Shown here in pieces: positions 22,241-35,299 of a DNA stretch of 64,000 bases; positions within the stretch are counted from its first letter, which is position 1, and every line of letters begins with the position of its first letter. Source of the stretch: Dicyema japonicum (lineage: Eukaryota; Animalia; Dicyemida). The notes beneath the pieces are model-generated. The model was not told the DNA's origin and did no database searches. It saw nothing but the letters and a program-made list of their open reading frames with translations. The position numbers and the translations under genes are program-made. Location of the stretch: positions 134,673 through 198,672 of the forward strand of contig RDEW01000028.1 in NCBI GenBank assembly GCA_011109175.1, in the 5' to 3' direction.

Positions 22241-23400
22241 AGACAGGTGATCCCGATCTTTATCAGTAACATTCTCATCATCTTTTTCCCGCTCTCAGGA
22301 ACCGATACATTTTCAATAACATCGTCCTCTGACGGGTTTCCATTTTGTGTGAATGTGCAGCCCGACTTCCTCACAAGATCCTCAAATGGGATTGCTCTTA
22401 TTGGTATTCCTGTGATTTGAGAGACTGTTTGGTCATACTGGATTGAACGGAGTTGATCTTATCCATGTTTGTTTCGGCAAGTTCTGTTCCCAAGCTGCAC
22501 ATCCATAACTTATAGTTGGCTAGTGACCAAATTTTGAGACAAACACCTTCACGATGTTAAGCTTTGCCGAGGCACTGATTACGCTTGACACATGTGTAAA
22601 GGTCATGAGAATATCAAATGTTATTCCCATAATCTTAGCTTGTTTCTTGTGTGGAATTAGTTTACCAGTCAAAAATAGTTAGGACGGAAAATCTTGATAG
22701 TCTTCCATTCGACGTAAAAAAAGAAGTCGAGGACTTTTCTGTGGATGTCGAATTTGGGTTCATCTATTTATGAAATCTGCCCAGAGTAGTTTGAAATTTG
22801 TTCGTAGCTGCGGTAACACAAATATCCTNTATCAAATGTTATTCCCATAATCTTAGCTTGTTTCTTGTGTGGAATTAGTTTACCAGTCAAAAATAGTTAG
22901 GACGGAAAATCTTGATAGTCTTCCATTCGAAGTAAAAAAAGAAGTCGAGGACTTTTCTGTGGATGTCGAATTTGGGTTCATCTATTTATGAAATCTGCCC
23001 AGAGTAGTTTGAAATTTGTTCGTAGCTGCGGTAACACAAATATCCTTGCAAGACATACCAAGGTTTATCTAATCTTTGTCCGAACCGATTGGAGTATCAT
23101 AAAAGAATAAGTTAAAAAACTACGATGACAAGGGGGAACCCTGAAGAAATTTTAAGACCAATGATTTTGTTACGACTTTCCCTCTTTTATAACTGATAAA
23201 GTTCTCGAACTATCTTTTGAAAATGCTTGGGATTTCTGAGCAGTAAATCTTAATTTTTTGGTTGAGGTTGGTGACGCATCTCAAATTGCACTAATATCTT
23301 TTTCACTCTTTTCAAACTCTTTGTTCATCCTTCAACGTTCGAGGAACTAAATTCGTCGGTCAAAAGTATCTAGCCGGATCTGAAACGATACAACATTACT
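22240..23400 (-). mobile_element. I/Ingi-like LINE RT fragment
   Basis: Degenerate SGFPLSS..FNLFF (QG.PLSP), KIMGITFD, YGCAAW; duplicated across a single N at 22829. Confidence 0.55.
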
Positions 23401-23439
23401 ATCTGCTGCCTGCAAGTGACAAAGAAGGATTTTACGAAA

Positions 23440-26400
23440 AAAATGCTTACTACGACCTTATCTTGCTTTCTTCGGACTGGCACTACTACGGAATGGGTTT
23501 TGCGGTAAATATCAGACTCCGGGAATATATAAAAAGAATATGGAAAGTGAATGACAGAATTTGCGTAATTCAATTGGAACCTGGATCTAACTCTACAATT
23601 ATAAATGTATATGTTCCAATATCTCCAAAAGTCTCTAAAAACCCAACGGAACTGGATTACTTTTACAGTTCACTATCCACAACCCTTATGGAAATATCCA
23701 CGAGCTATCTACTTTACATAAGTGGAGATTGGAACGCGAAGGTCGGAGAAAGGGCCGGAGAACTGAGCTTCATTAGTACCCATGGGAGATGTCGGAGGAA
23801 CATGTCTGGAGCAACTATGGCTAACTTCGCGATTAATGAACAATTATTCATTTGCAACACAGTTTTCCAGCACGCTGCAAGGCATATCACGACCTGGACT
23901 GGAGAACGCCGAGACTCAGATGGACATTTAATCAAAATATATAACCAAATTGACTACAATCTGTGTCGACAATCACAGAAAGCCATAATCTCAGATGCCC
24001 GAACATATGGAGGAACGCCAACATCGAGTGACCATAAACTATTGGTAATCAAACTTCTCCTAAAGAGAAGATTTTGGATTAACAGAGTCAAAAACAGACA
24101 CAGAGAAGTTAGATACGCAGTCGAACTCTTAAGAAACAATCCTGTCCACAGAAATAACTATTCAGTTAAAATATCACAAACCATAGAACCGATCAATCTA
24201 CCTGCTGGACGTTTATGGAATAAACTCGTAAACAAGATAAAATCAGTAACACGATTGGACATACTACTCAACTCACTGCGCAAAATTCTATCGTTAATCG
24301 CCCTGGACAGAATAAAAGCCCCACTACGTGGATTTATCGGAGCTAGCCAAAGTGGGTTTGCCTCTGGAAGATCAACTTCCAATGCCGTTTGGATCCACAA
24401 ATGGATGTGTGCTTCATGCCAAAAATATAAAGAGGAGTACCAAATAATGGGAATCAACCTATCTAAGGCATTTGACTCAATCAGCAGAGTCAAGATGATA
24501 CAAATATTAACACNNNNNNNNNNNNNNNNNNNNNNNNNNNNNNNNNNNNNNNNNNNNNNNNNNNNNNNNNNNNNNNNNNNNNNNNNNNNNNNNNNNNNNN
24601 NNNNNNNNNNNNNNNNNNNNNNNNNNNNNNNNNNNNNNNNNNNNNNNNNNNNNNNNNNNNNNNNNNNNNNNNNNNNNNNNNNNNNNNNNNNNNNNNNNNN
24701 NNNNNNNNNNNNNNNNNNNNNNNNNNNNNNNNNNNNNNNNNNNNNNNNNNNNNNNNNNNNNNNNNNNNNNNNNNNNNNNNNNNNNNNNNNNNNNNNNNNN
24801 NNNNNNNNNNNNNNNNNNNNNNNNNNNNNNNNNNNNNNNNNNNNNNNNNNNNNNNNNNNNNNNNNNNNNNNNNNNNNNNNNNNNNNNNNNNNNNNNCGCC
24901 GATACTCAAATGGACATTTAATCAAACTATATAACCAAATTGACTACTTTCTGTGTCGACAATCACAGAAAGTTCTACCCTCAAATGCCCGAACATATGG
25001 AGGAACGCCAGCATCGAGTGACCATAAACTACTGGTAATCAAACTTCTCTTAAAAAGGAGATTTTGAATTAACAGAGTCAAAGATAGACACAGAGAAGTT
25101 AGATACGCAGTCGAACTCTTAAGAAACAATCCTATTTACAGAAATAACTATTCAGCTAAAATATCACAAACCATAGAACCGATCAATCTACCTGCTGGAA
25201 GTTTATGGAATAAACTCGTAAACAAAATAAAACCAGTAACACGATTGGACATACTACTCAACTCACTGCGCAAAATTTTATCGTTAATCGCTCTGGACAG
25301 AATAAAAGCCCCACTACGTGGATTTATCGGAGCTAGCCAAAGTGGGTTTGCCTCTGGAAGATCAACTTCCAATGCCGTTTGGATCCACAAATGGATGTCT
25401 GCTTCATGCCAAAAATATAAAGAGGAGTACCAAATAATGGGAATCAACCTATCTAAGGCATTTGACTCAATCAGCAGAGTCAAGATGATACAAATATTAA
25501 CACAACTACTCGAGGAAGGTTGCATCAGAATAATTCGTTATCTAATCCAGCTCGGAAATCAGAAATCCAGAGTATTCGGAACAAATAAGCGCACCTCCTA
25601 GAAGAAGCCCTATCCCCGGTCTTATTCATCGCATATCTGGAGGCAACCCTACGAAAGGCCAGGAATAATATCCCCAGATATATAACGTAAGTCATCTTCG
25701 CAGATGACATAGCTCTCATGGCAACAGACCACCAATTAGAAGGTATTATCGACAAATTGGCTGAAACATTTGAAAAATCATTATAAAAGCAAACATCGAG
25801 AAAGCAGAATATACTATAGTAAGGAGATGCAAACAACGACACGAGAAAAAACGGAGCCATACAAAGAAACTTGGCACTCTTTTAGGAGATACAGAAGACA
25901 TACTACGAAAAAAATCACTAGCAGCTTTCGCTCTTAAAAGACTAAACAACGTATGGTTACGAGGTAAACAAATTTCTGCCTCTTTAAAAATCAAATTATA
26001 CAATATGTTCGTAAAACCGGTTTTACTGTACAACTCTTCTACCTGGGCACTCACAATGCCTGAAATGGAAAGTCTGAACTCTTTTCATAGAATGAAGCTC
26101 AGATACATTCTAATAATGTCCTGGCCAAAGCACATCTCAAACAAATACCTCTATTCCCATTACAATATCCACCCGTTGTATGGAGAAATAAGAAGTAACA
26201 GATGGGGGTTATTTGGTCACATCTTAAAAATGGACAGGAATACTACCACTAATCTCGCGATGGAACACTACATCCGGGATCGACTTTCCTGGAAAGACCA
26301 CGAATTACTCTACCAATTTTTCTACATCAAGACATAACTTCGATTGGGAAAGGGTTGACGTCGGCAGAGGATCTTGAGCACCTGAGGGACCGATCGAGGA

Positions 26401-26460
26401 ACAGAGGGAACTAGAAGCGATTAACAAAACGAATCCAGGAGAGAGTGGCACAAGCGAGAT
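23440..26460 (+). mobile_element. RTE-like LINE with internal deletion; duplicated across an N gap
   Basis: APE (INVYVP, GDWNAKVG, NQIDY, SDH) running into RT (QSGF, NLSKAFD, IFADD, KPVLLYN, FGHIL); about 600 bp repeated on both sides of the gap. Confidence 0.85.
24514..24896. other. assembly gap (N run)
   Basis: Run of N. Confidence 1.
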
Positions 26461-26499
26461 AACTTTACAAGCGTTGTTTTGCAATGCGCTTATTAATAA

Positions 26500-27300
26500 T
26501 AAATCTTCCTCGTTAAGATTTTTCTAGGGACCGAGTCAGGGACCCTGTTTGTTAAACGAAAAGGTGATTTTTCCCCATTTGTAATTCAGGGAAGTATTTC
26601 TATTTTTTCAGAGATGAGTGTTCCCTATATCCGAATAGGATTTTGGTCGCTCGGTTAGTCATAAATCACAGACCAGTTGGAAGGGAAACAATGTTGGGGG
26701 TGGCAAGGGTCAAATCATGTCAAGTCGTGTTATCATAAGTTCTATAAGGTGTACTTGTGCTCATCCGGTAATCGGTAAGGATTATGAAATTATCCAGTAG
26801 AGAGAGATGTCCTCTGACATCAACAGTTTGGCTTTTGTACCAGGTCGGGTGTTGCTCGTTGAGGTATATCAACAAATGTTGGTTTGATGTAATACATCCA
26901 AGGAGAAGGTAAACTCATTTTGGCAGGAGCTGGTAGGTCGAATGTACATGTTTACAATTATAATGTTTCCCATGTTTGTTCGAATGAAGATCCCAATGTA
27001 TTCAACGGGAGATGGAGGATCACAATGCGAAGGAGTTATTTTGTGACAGATCTCTATTTTAACGAGAGTAATGACTCCTCCAATCTAGTGATCCTAAGAA
27101 TTTATCCCAAAAGTGTAAGAGTGTGTCAGTTTCTTCTCCTGTAATAGGCACACGTCGACTTCTTTAAGAGAGTTTTGAGTTCGATTATCTTTCCTCTCAC
27201 TCAATTTATGTTGAGTTGAATGATAGAAAGATTTCGCTGGTCCCGGATTATGTTTGATGTCTCCAGAAATGATTAAGAGCGTTCCTAACCGGTCAAATAT
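26500..27300 (-). mobile_element. I/Ingi-like LINE 5' region with a 2A-like peptide before APE
   Basis: LLIISGDIKHNPGP, then VDVCLLQE, IGGVITLV and further degenerate APE motifs. Confidence 0.55.
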
Positions 27301-27505
27301 GTAATACAGAAAGAGCTGTCCAAGAAAAACATTTTTCTTGGATTGTTGTGGGAAAACGATCCATTTATGACTAACAGTGGGCGTCAGCAGGAACAATGAA
27401 GTACATGAGGCACAATTAACTATTATATATATTTGGCTACTAAGTGGCAAATTAATTATAATTTATATTAATGATAATTTATATTATTAAATAGTTACCA
27501 GGGAA

Positions 27506-28915
27506 ATGCAAAGAGTACAAGTACAATTAATTATAAATTATAAAGGATGAGTCCTCACCAACTTTACAACAAACTCTCGCGGGTCATAGAGATACAGTCA
27601 CCTCTGTTGCCTTCAATATTAATGGAAAACAAATTGGTCTATCAATTCGTTATTCAAGCTTCATCATCGCTGGATTCTTCTGTAATGTTGTGGAAAATTT
27701 CACCGAGGTTGCATGTGACAAGACTTACGGGACATAAGGATTCAACCACGTGTGTAACCTTTTCTCCCTCTGGAAGTCTGTTAGCATCCTCTTCTAAGGA
27801 TAAGACAGTCCGTCTTTGGATACCATCAGCGTTAATTAGTGAGTTTAGTTTAAGGAAAAACGAAAGTACAAGTTTCGTGTGCCACACTGCTGCTGTGAGA
27901 CACGTGGAATTCAGCCATGATGAACTCAACTTTATCACCTGTTCTGATGACAAATCAATCAAGGTAAGGATTATCATAAAAGAAGATCTGGAGCACTCAC
28001 AGACAGAAATTCCAGTCATCTTATAATCAGCACTCCAACTGGGTTCGTTCGGCTGTGTAAGTGGTTCATTAATAGGACAGATTTTCTCCAGATAGTAGGA
28101 GTTTCGTATCCGTGAGTGATGACAAGACAATCCGCCTGTGGGACAGAACTATTAAAGAAGCTGTACAGATATTCAAACTCGATGGTTCCGTTGGAACAAG
28201 CATAAAATTTCACCCAGGGGGATATTTCGTTGGGGGTGGAATCGACAATGGGTCTGTGAAGATTTGGGATATCAGGAATTACAAATTGATACAAAACTAC
28301 GCGGGTAAATATAATTATATACAAGAGTTCATTCTTCCCCCGTAAATGATATCTCCTTCCACCCCTCTGGAAACTTTATGATAACTGCCTCTGCTGATGG
28401 AACCGCAAAAATTCTCGATTTAATTGAAGGAAGACTTTTCTACACAATACACGGACATAAAGTTTATATTAGACTCATTCAAGGATTCAGTAACTAGTGC
28501 TACGTTTTCCTACGACGGGGATCATTTTGCAACGGGGGGTGCAGATGAACAGCTCTTTTTATGGAAAACAAACTTTGGGGAGGCGATTGTTAAAGCGAAA
28601 GAAAGAGAAACGGAAAGTAGCATGAAGAAATATGAGGACAATAATGAGAGTTTAGAAACGAGTATCAAGACATTTGAGGATAACAACTTTGATTCCAAGA
28701 CTGCCATACCCAATTACTCCAACGTGGACAATGACTTAAAATCATTTGCAACGAATGTGAACGAAGCTTTGAATAAAATAGTAGGACAGTTGGATATGCT
28801 CACACAGGTAACTGATTGTGTAATATAGTAGACTGTGAATGTGATTGAGCATAGACTAAGCAACACGGAGGATAGGTTGCATCAACATATCATTGAGAAT
28901 AAAAGATTAGTTTAG
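27506..28915 (+). CDS. POC1: POC1 centriolar WD40 protein
   Basis: Seven WD40 repeats ([65 protein letters not shown]) and the C-terminal coiled coil [24 protein letters not shown]; eight 22-25 nt introns. Confidence 0.92.
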
Positions 28916-29901
28916 TGATTACAGTCATTTACAATATCAATTTGATAGGCCTATTATATGACATCACTTACCTTATAAGTTTACAAAGATATCATTCAAT
29001 TAACAGGGATCCCAAACATGAAGAAATCTCTTCAATAAGGGAAATAGATAGGGCTAGTTTTCTGTCAGAGTTATCCGTAGTTAATCTGAAAGGGGTAACG
29101 GGTGGAAGGAATAAAGTATCTGATTGTGTAATTTCAATCTCAAAAATAAGGTGGATGATGAATAAGGGAATATTAAATTACATAAAAAGATAATAATATA
29201 TACTTGGAAAATATTTTCGATAATTATTATACACCCTAAATAGTAAAGGTAATGAATTTTGGTTTCTTTCGCACAAGTAATCTAACTTCCGCAAAACATG
29301 GGGCTTTTTCAGTAACCTTGGATATACCTGAAAAAGGTTCTATCCTGGTCTCCCTTTAAAAATGAGTAGTATCCGAGTATTTCGGGAACCCCTCTACGGA
29401 CGTAGAAAAGAGAGGTATCCTTTTTGGATGCTAAGACACCTCTAGAAATTGAAAAGGCAAAAGGCAGAAAGGAAATCCTTCGACCAAGTAGGTAGTAGCT
29501 ACCTGGGGATTTTAAAAACAGAGTTCAATAAAGTTTACAATTGATTCAATATTTTATTTTGTCGCTGGAACTTTTATATCCTTAACCTACTCTTTCGTGA
29601 ATAATAATACACGCAATACTCACTATGTGAGATTATAATATAGATAATTTCGCATCAAAAATAAATTATAATTGATTTTCAACAAAAATTTAATAATAGA
29701 TAAAATATCTGAGGCACATAATAAAAATATAGGAAAATGAATTGTGATCGTTTAATGCAAAAATTATAATCCCCAAAGAATTCCACTACGATTAATGATT
29801 GTGGCTGATAATCTATAAATTATAAATATAATTTATATTTATAAAAAATAAATTAAATTTAAATAAATTAATCATTTAACATTGTTTTATTGTGTTAAAT
29901 T

Positions 29902-30676
<775 letters not shown>

Positions 30677-31389
30677 GTGACCTAGTTCTTTTTGGTTTAA
30701 TATATATGGATTATTGTTTTAATTTACTCTTTAAATCCTATTAATATAATCTTAATTTGTGGCATACTTTTGTGGTCTGTGTTGAAGACCACCACCACTA
30801 CAATAAATATTAGTCCTTACTAGACTTAATGGAAATAACCAATAAATGCTTTAAATGGAGATTATATTATCTCCTAATTTATACAAAAACTAGTGTTTCC
30901 AACTGACCTTGATTGGCCATTATTACTACAAGGAAACCATTCAAACATCTTTTAACCAGTTAAAGAGATTGATTCCTTGACGACCACAAGACCGGCTGCT
31001 TCTCTCATACTGGTTGACCTTAATTTTCCTTGCCACGTCAGATTATTTGCTTTTGGTTGTGCTTTTCCATTAGCCTTCAGCCTCCTACAATTAAATTTTT
31101 TATTTTATCGAACCAAAAAACACCGTCATACCAGAATGAACAAAAATCAGGCCTCCCTCAGCAGTCTTTGCATGTTCGGACTTGAAGGAAGTGCCGTCCA
31201 GGGGGTACTCCTCTGGATGATTGTTGACTAATGGTTCTTTTTGGATATAATATAAGATTATATCTGACCCACCAGAGATGGTGAACTACATGACGCAGGC
31301 TAACACTATGAAATTCGAGAGCCGAAAGTAAGTAATTAAGGTACACAGAGCTCATATTCAGTTTTTATTAGTATTACTAATTTGGCAAA

Positions 31390-32420
31390 AATATTACTAG
31401 TCTGTGATTAGATTACAAAATATGTATTCAAAATATACGCTAGGACAGCACTTCCCGATTCGGGATGCGAGAAATGATTTAAAAAGTCATGATTACTTGT
31501 ACATATATGCAAATGATCTTCAAAGATGGCTGTCAAGAGGTCGTGTTTTGACAAGATTTTTTATTATCAGACTTGAAATCGAACAATTTTTATTTAAAAA
31601 CTCTGAACTACTTGATTGTTTCAAATATGGCTGTCAAGAGGTCGTGTTTTGACAAGATTTTTTATTATCAGACTTGAAATCGAACAATTTTTATTTAAAA
31701 ACTCTGAACTACTTGATTGTTTCAAATCTTCAAATTTTGTTATTTGTTGGCATATTTGGCTGACATTTTCAATCATCTTAACCAGTTGAGTCTTTCAAGG
31801 AAAAGGGATGAGCATTATTAATGCTTCTGACAATCTACGTTCCCTCAGGAATAAACTGTTGTTGTGGACTCGACGTATTCAAGACAATAATTTTACATTC
31901 CAAGTGGATGAAATCGCTATTGAATTCAACTGGACTTTTGATAAAATTATTAAAACAGAAATCAACAATCATTTTGAAGGCTTAAAACTTTTATTTTATG
32001 AATATTTTTCAATTGGAAACATTAAAGATTCTGATAACTCATTCGCTTTCAAAATAGAAAAGATGGGCGATAGAGATGAGAATAAAGACAATTTGATTGA
32101 AATGAAAGCAACGTTTTGAAGAATTAATTAAAACTAAAAGGCAGGAAAGTCTCAAAGAACCTAATTTTTGGAATAAAAATCGAATTCGAAATGAAAGCAA
32201 CGTTTTGAAGAATTAATTAAAACTAAAAGGCAGGAAAGTCTCAAAGAACCTAATTTTTGGAATAAAAATCGAATTCTGTTAGATTTAAAATCGTGAGTGT
32301 GAGATTGGTTTTTTATTTTTTGGGGGGTGTGATTTCAAAACGAATCGGGAAGCGATGCACTAGAACCATGTGATGCTTATCTGACAGAATTTGCTATGCG
32401 ATTGTTTTCTTAGTCATTAA
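31390..32420 (+). mobile_element. hAT transposase C-terminal remnant (ZBED5/SCAND3/GTF2IRD2-like)
   Basis: RWLSRGRVLTRFF, FQGK..IINASDNLRSLRNKLLLW; stops and two local duplications. Confidence 0.7.
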
Positions 32421-32519
32421 CATTTTTACGTATATTCTACTATTAATTGGTAGATACATCTGCTACATTCGACTAATATATAGGGGCATTTATTAACACA
32501 GAATACACTGAGAGAAAAG

Positions 32520-33245
32520 TGAAAGTAAACAACTAATTAAGTGTACCCGCCTGGTGGCGTCATGTGGCGCTTCGTGGCTAATTGGTTGAAGTTTCTGTTT
32601 TTCCTCTGTTCCTCCTCTCTCTTCTTATTAGAGTGGCGTCATGTGATCCACCTGTTTAGGTGACGCCTAATNNNNNNNNNNNNNNNNNNNNNNNNNNNNN
32701 NNNNNNNNNNNNNNNNNNNNNNNNNNNNNNNNNNNNNNNNNNNNNNNNNNNNNNNNNNNNNNNNNNNNNNNNNNNNNNNNNNNNNNNNNNNNNNNNNNNN
32801 NNNNNNNNNNNNNNNNNNNNNNNNNNNNNNNNNNNNNNNNNNNNNNNNNNNNNNNNNNNNNNNNNNNNNNNNNNNNNNNNNNNNNNNNNNNNNNNNNNNN
32901 NNNNNNNNNNNNNNNNNNNNNNNNNNNNNNNNNNNNNNNNNNNNNNNNNNNNNNNNNNNNNNNNNNNNNNNNNNNNNNNNNNNNNNNNNNNNNNNNNNNN
33001 NNNNNNNNNNNNNNNNNNNNNNNNNNNNNNNNNNNNNNNNNNNNNNNNNNNNNNNNNNNNNNNNNNNNNNNNNNNNNNNNNNNNNNNNNNNNNNNNNNNN
33101 NNNNNNNNNNNNNNNNNNNNNNNNNNNNNNNNNNNNNNNNNNNNNNNNGGAGGTCCTTTTCCAAGAAGAGGTTAGGCCTCGGACGTTGAATGAGAGCAGC
33201 GAGAATTTCTCCAAAAGATAAGGTTTGTACTTTTCAGACATGTTA
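32520..33245 (-). mobile_element. APE-type LINE: 5' coding start and 3' end flanking an N gap (32672-33148)
   Basis: FSLLSFNVRGLTSSWKR on one side; the 3' end resembles window positions 1-66. Confidence 0.55.
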
Positions 33246-33407
33246 ATACTTTATTAGAGCCACGTCACCAGCTCAACCAAAAAATTAATATTCCTTAAGA
33301 ATGATTAGTTGGTAGAAGATCATCAGGATTGTCTCAATAATTGAGATAACCTTCCACATTTAATTTTATTATTAAATTTAGTGAATTTTAAATTTATATT
33401 AAAAAAT

Positions 33408-34226
33408 ATGCTTCCTTGTGTGTTGTCAAAATGGAAGCCACGGAATATCTTTCAAATACGTAATACATCATACGGTCCTTCCAGTGATCTAATCCATAAT
33501 CCCAATCGAAATCATTTAACATCAAAAGAACATCCTTTAAAAACCTGGGCTAAGCAAGCTACGGAATATCTTTCAAATACGTAATACATCATACGGTCCT
33601 TCCAGTGATCTAATCCATAATCCCAATCGAAATCATTTAACATCAAAAGAACATCCTTTAAAAACCTGGGCTAAGCCTCTTCGAGACATCATGGAGAAGG
33701 ACGACCCTCCAAAGACACCCCATTTGCTACACGCTGTGTGTAGAACCAAGAAAATAAAGGGAGTGCCTTCTATATTAAAGAAGATTCTGTTTGACCTCGA
33801 CCTTTATGAGAAAGTATTCTTTAAATAAACTATTAGATCGGGAAAGTAACTGTTCACAAAAATATCCCAGAAATTAACAGCAAACTGTTGAAGGTAAAAC
33901 ATTTGATCAAAGTGGTCCCTCTGACTTTTCCCGACGGTCTCCCTGTGTCTGTGGAAGAGTTGAGTCAGTGCACTATTAGAGCTGACGGCAGTTTCTCCAT
34001 TTATGACTACAAAACTGAGAGTCCCTGTGAGGGGGGTGAAACACCAGAGTATGAGACCTGGCTGAGACAGCATGATGCACTAAAAAAGGACCGACGACAT
34101 AAAATAGACAATTATAAAATTGGAGTTGATTTTTTCCCCCCAGAATATGTATATAAGCACAACCAGGACAAACAGGAATACAGATATGAACGTCATAGAC
34201 TTGACTATTCTAATTCTTGGAGATAG
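33408..34226 (+). CDS. MRPL30: mitochondrial ribosomal protein uL30m
   Basis: LHAVCRTKKIKG..ILFDLDL..VHKNIPEINSKLLKVKHLIKVVPLTFPDGLP; one 23-nt intron. The assembled frame is broken by a 121-bp duplication (33441/33562). Confidence 0.8.
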
Positions 34227-34714
34227 TGTTCATTTACAGTCGGTTATTTATTGGAATAATAAACTGATTTATAATAGCTACAGCTTTTTGGTGGGTAATT
34301 CTTAATACACTCGAGGGACTCGAAAAACACATCCACTCAGGTCATATATATGGAATTCTGGATGGGGTCTTGATCCTCTCCTTCGATGATATCAAGGATA
34401 ATGCTGGATCGGCTAGCATAAAGTCAAATATCTCCAATTAATTTATTTGACAGGAACATTAAGTTCCCGCTGACATAATTGATGAGACTGCTTCTGAGTG
34501 TAGCCAGACAATACAAACTCTTTAAAAGACCTCCAATTGTTTCAAACATATTCTCAATGCATAACCATTTTTGTTCATTTACATCAATGGAATAGGAGGT
34601 AGCAAATTAATTAGGCCATCATAGTTCTCATTATCGCCCTCACCATCTTCGTCATGTGCTCATCGAGAAAACCCTTCCTGGATGTCTCCATTTGATTCTA
34701 CATAGGAAGTCAAT

Positions 34715-35010
34715 GCCGGGTGGCATAGCGGTTAGGTGTCGGGCTTAAGTGACTAAGGTTACTGGTTCGATTCTCGCTGCTGTTCACCTGGTGGAAGGTT
34801 CCACACATCTACGATGCTAAAAGAGTTTGACGAGTGACGCCGTCATCAGTGGATACTCAGGAACTGGATTGTCTAAAAAGAACCCACACACAAGAAAAAA
34901 GAAGTGAAGATCATTCCTTGGTTCTACGATTAGTTAAAATTAACTGTTCTTTACTTAAATAGTGTGTGTCCTGCCTATGCGGAGCTATAAATATTATGGC
35001 TCTCGTGAAA
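34715..35010 (+). mobile_element. tRNA-derived SINE
   Basis: A box TGGCATAGCGG, B box GGTTCGATTCT, conserved core ttgacgagtgacgccgtcatcag; homologous copies at 36950-37230 (-) and about 59000-59165 (+). Confidence 0.6.
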
Positions 35011-35299
35011 AGGCTGTTATAAATATAAAAAGTCGATGGAAGAAGGGTGTCTAAAGAAAGACTGTTCATTCTCAGAACGTAATACGAATGAGCATAGTAG
35101 ATTTCCTGACAGAATTCCTTGATGACACTTTCTGGATACAATTTCAGCAAAAATGAATAAGGAGTCACCAATAAAATTAGGATACAATCACGACGAGACT
35201 CAGTGACCCTCGTGAACAGCGCTTTGGAGTAGCTATCGTTCACAGCAATGTCTCTCTGTTTCTAATATTGATTTTTCAATGTTTTCTGCCCAATTCTAT

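Noticed and set aside
23463-25067. Long ORFs spanning N runs (also 32639-33241)
   Set aside because: Their length is an artefact of translating N as X.
30980-31355. Possible piggyBac C-terminal remnant (GRHF..C..C)
   Set aside because: Similarity too weak; no TTAA-bounded TIR found.
34300-34710. Minus-strand ORF-like stretch downstream of MRPL30
   Set aside because: Multiple stops and no identifiable motif or intron pattern.
34715-34790. Possible tRNA gene
   Set aside because: A and B boxes are present but acceptor and anticodon stems do not pair, and it runs into a repeated body; treated as a SINE head.
34827-34849. CTGATGA on the minus strand (also 37107) suggesting a hammerhead ribozyme or C/D box
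   Set aside because: No GAAA follows the stem (TCAAA/TCAAG instead), and I could not find stems I/III or a D box partner.
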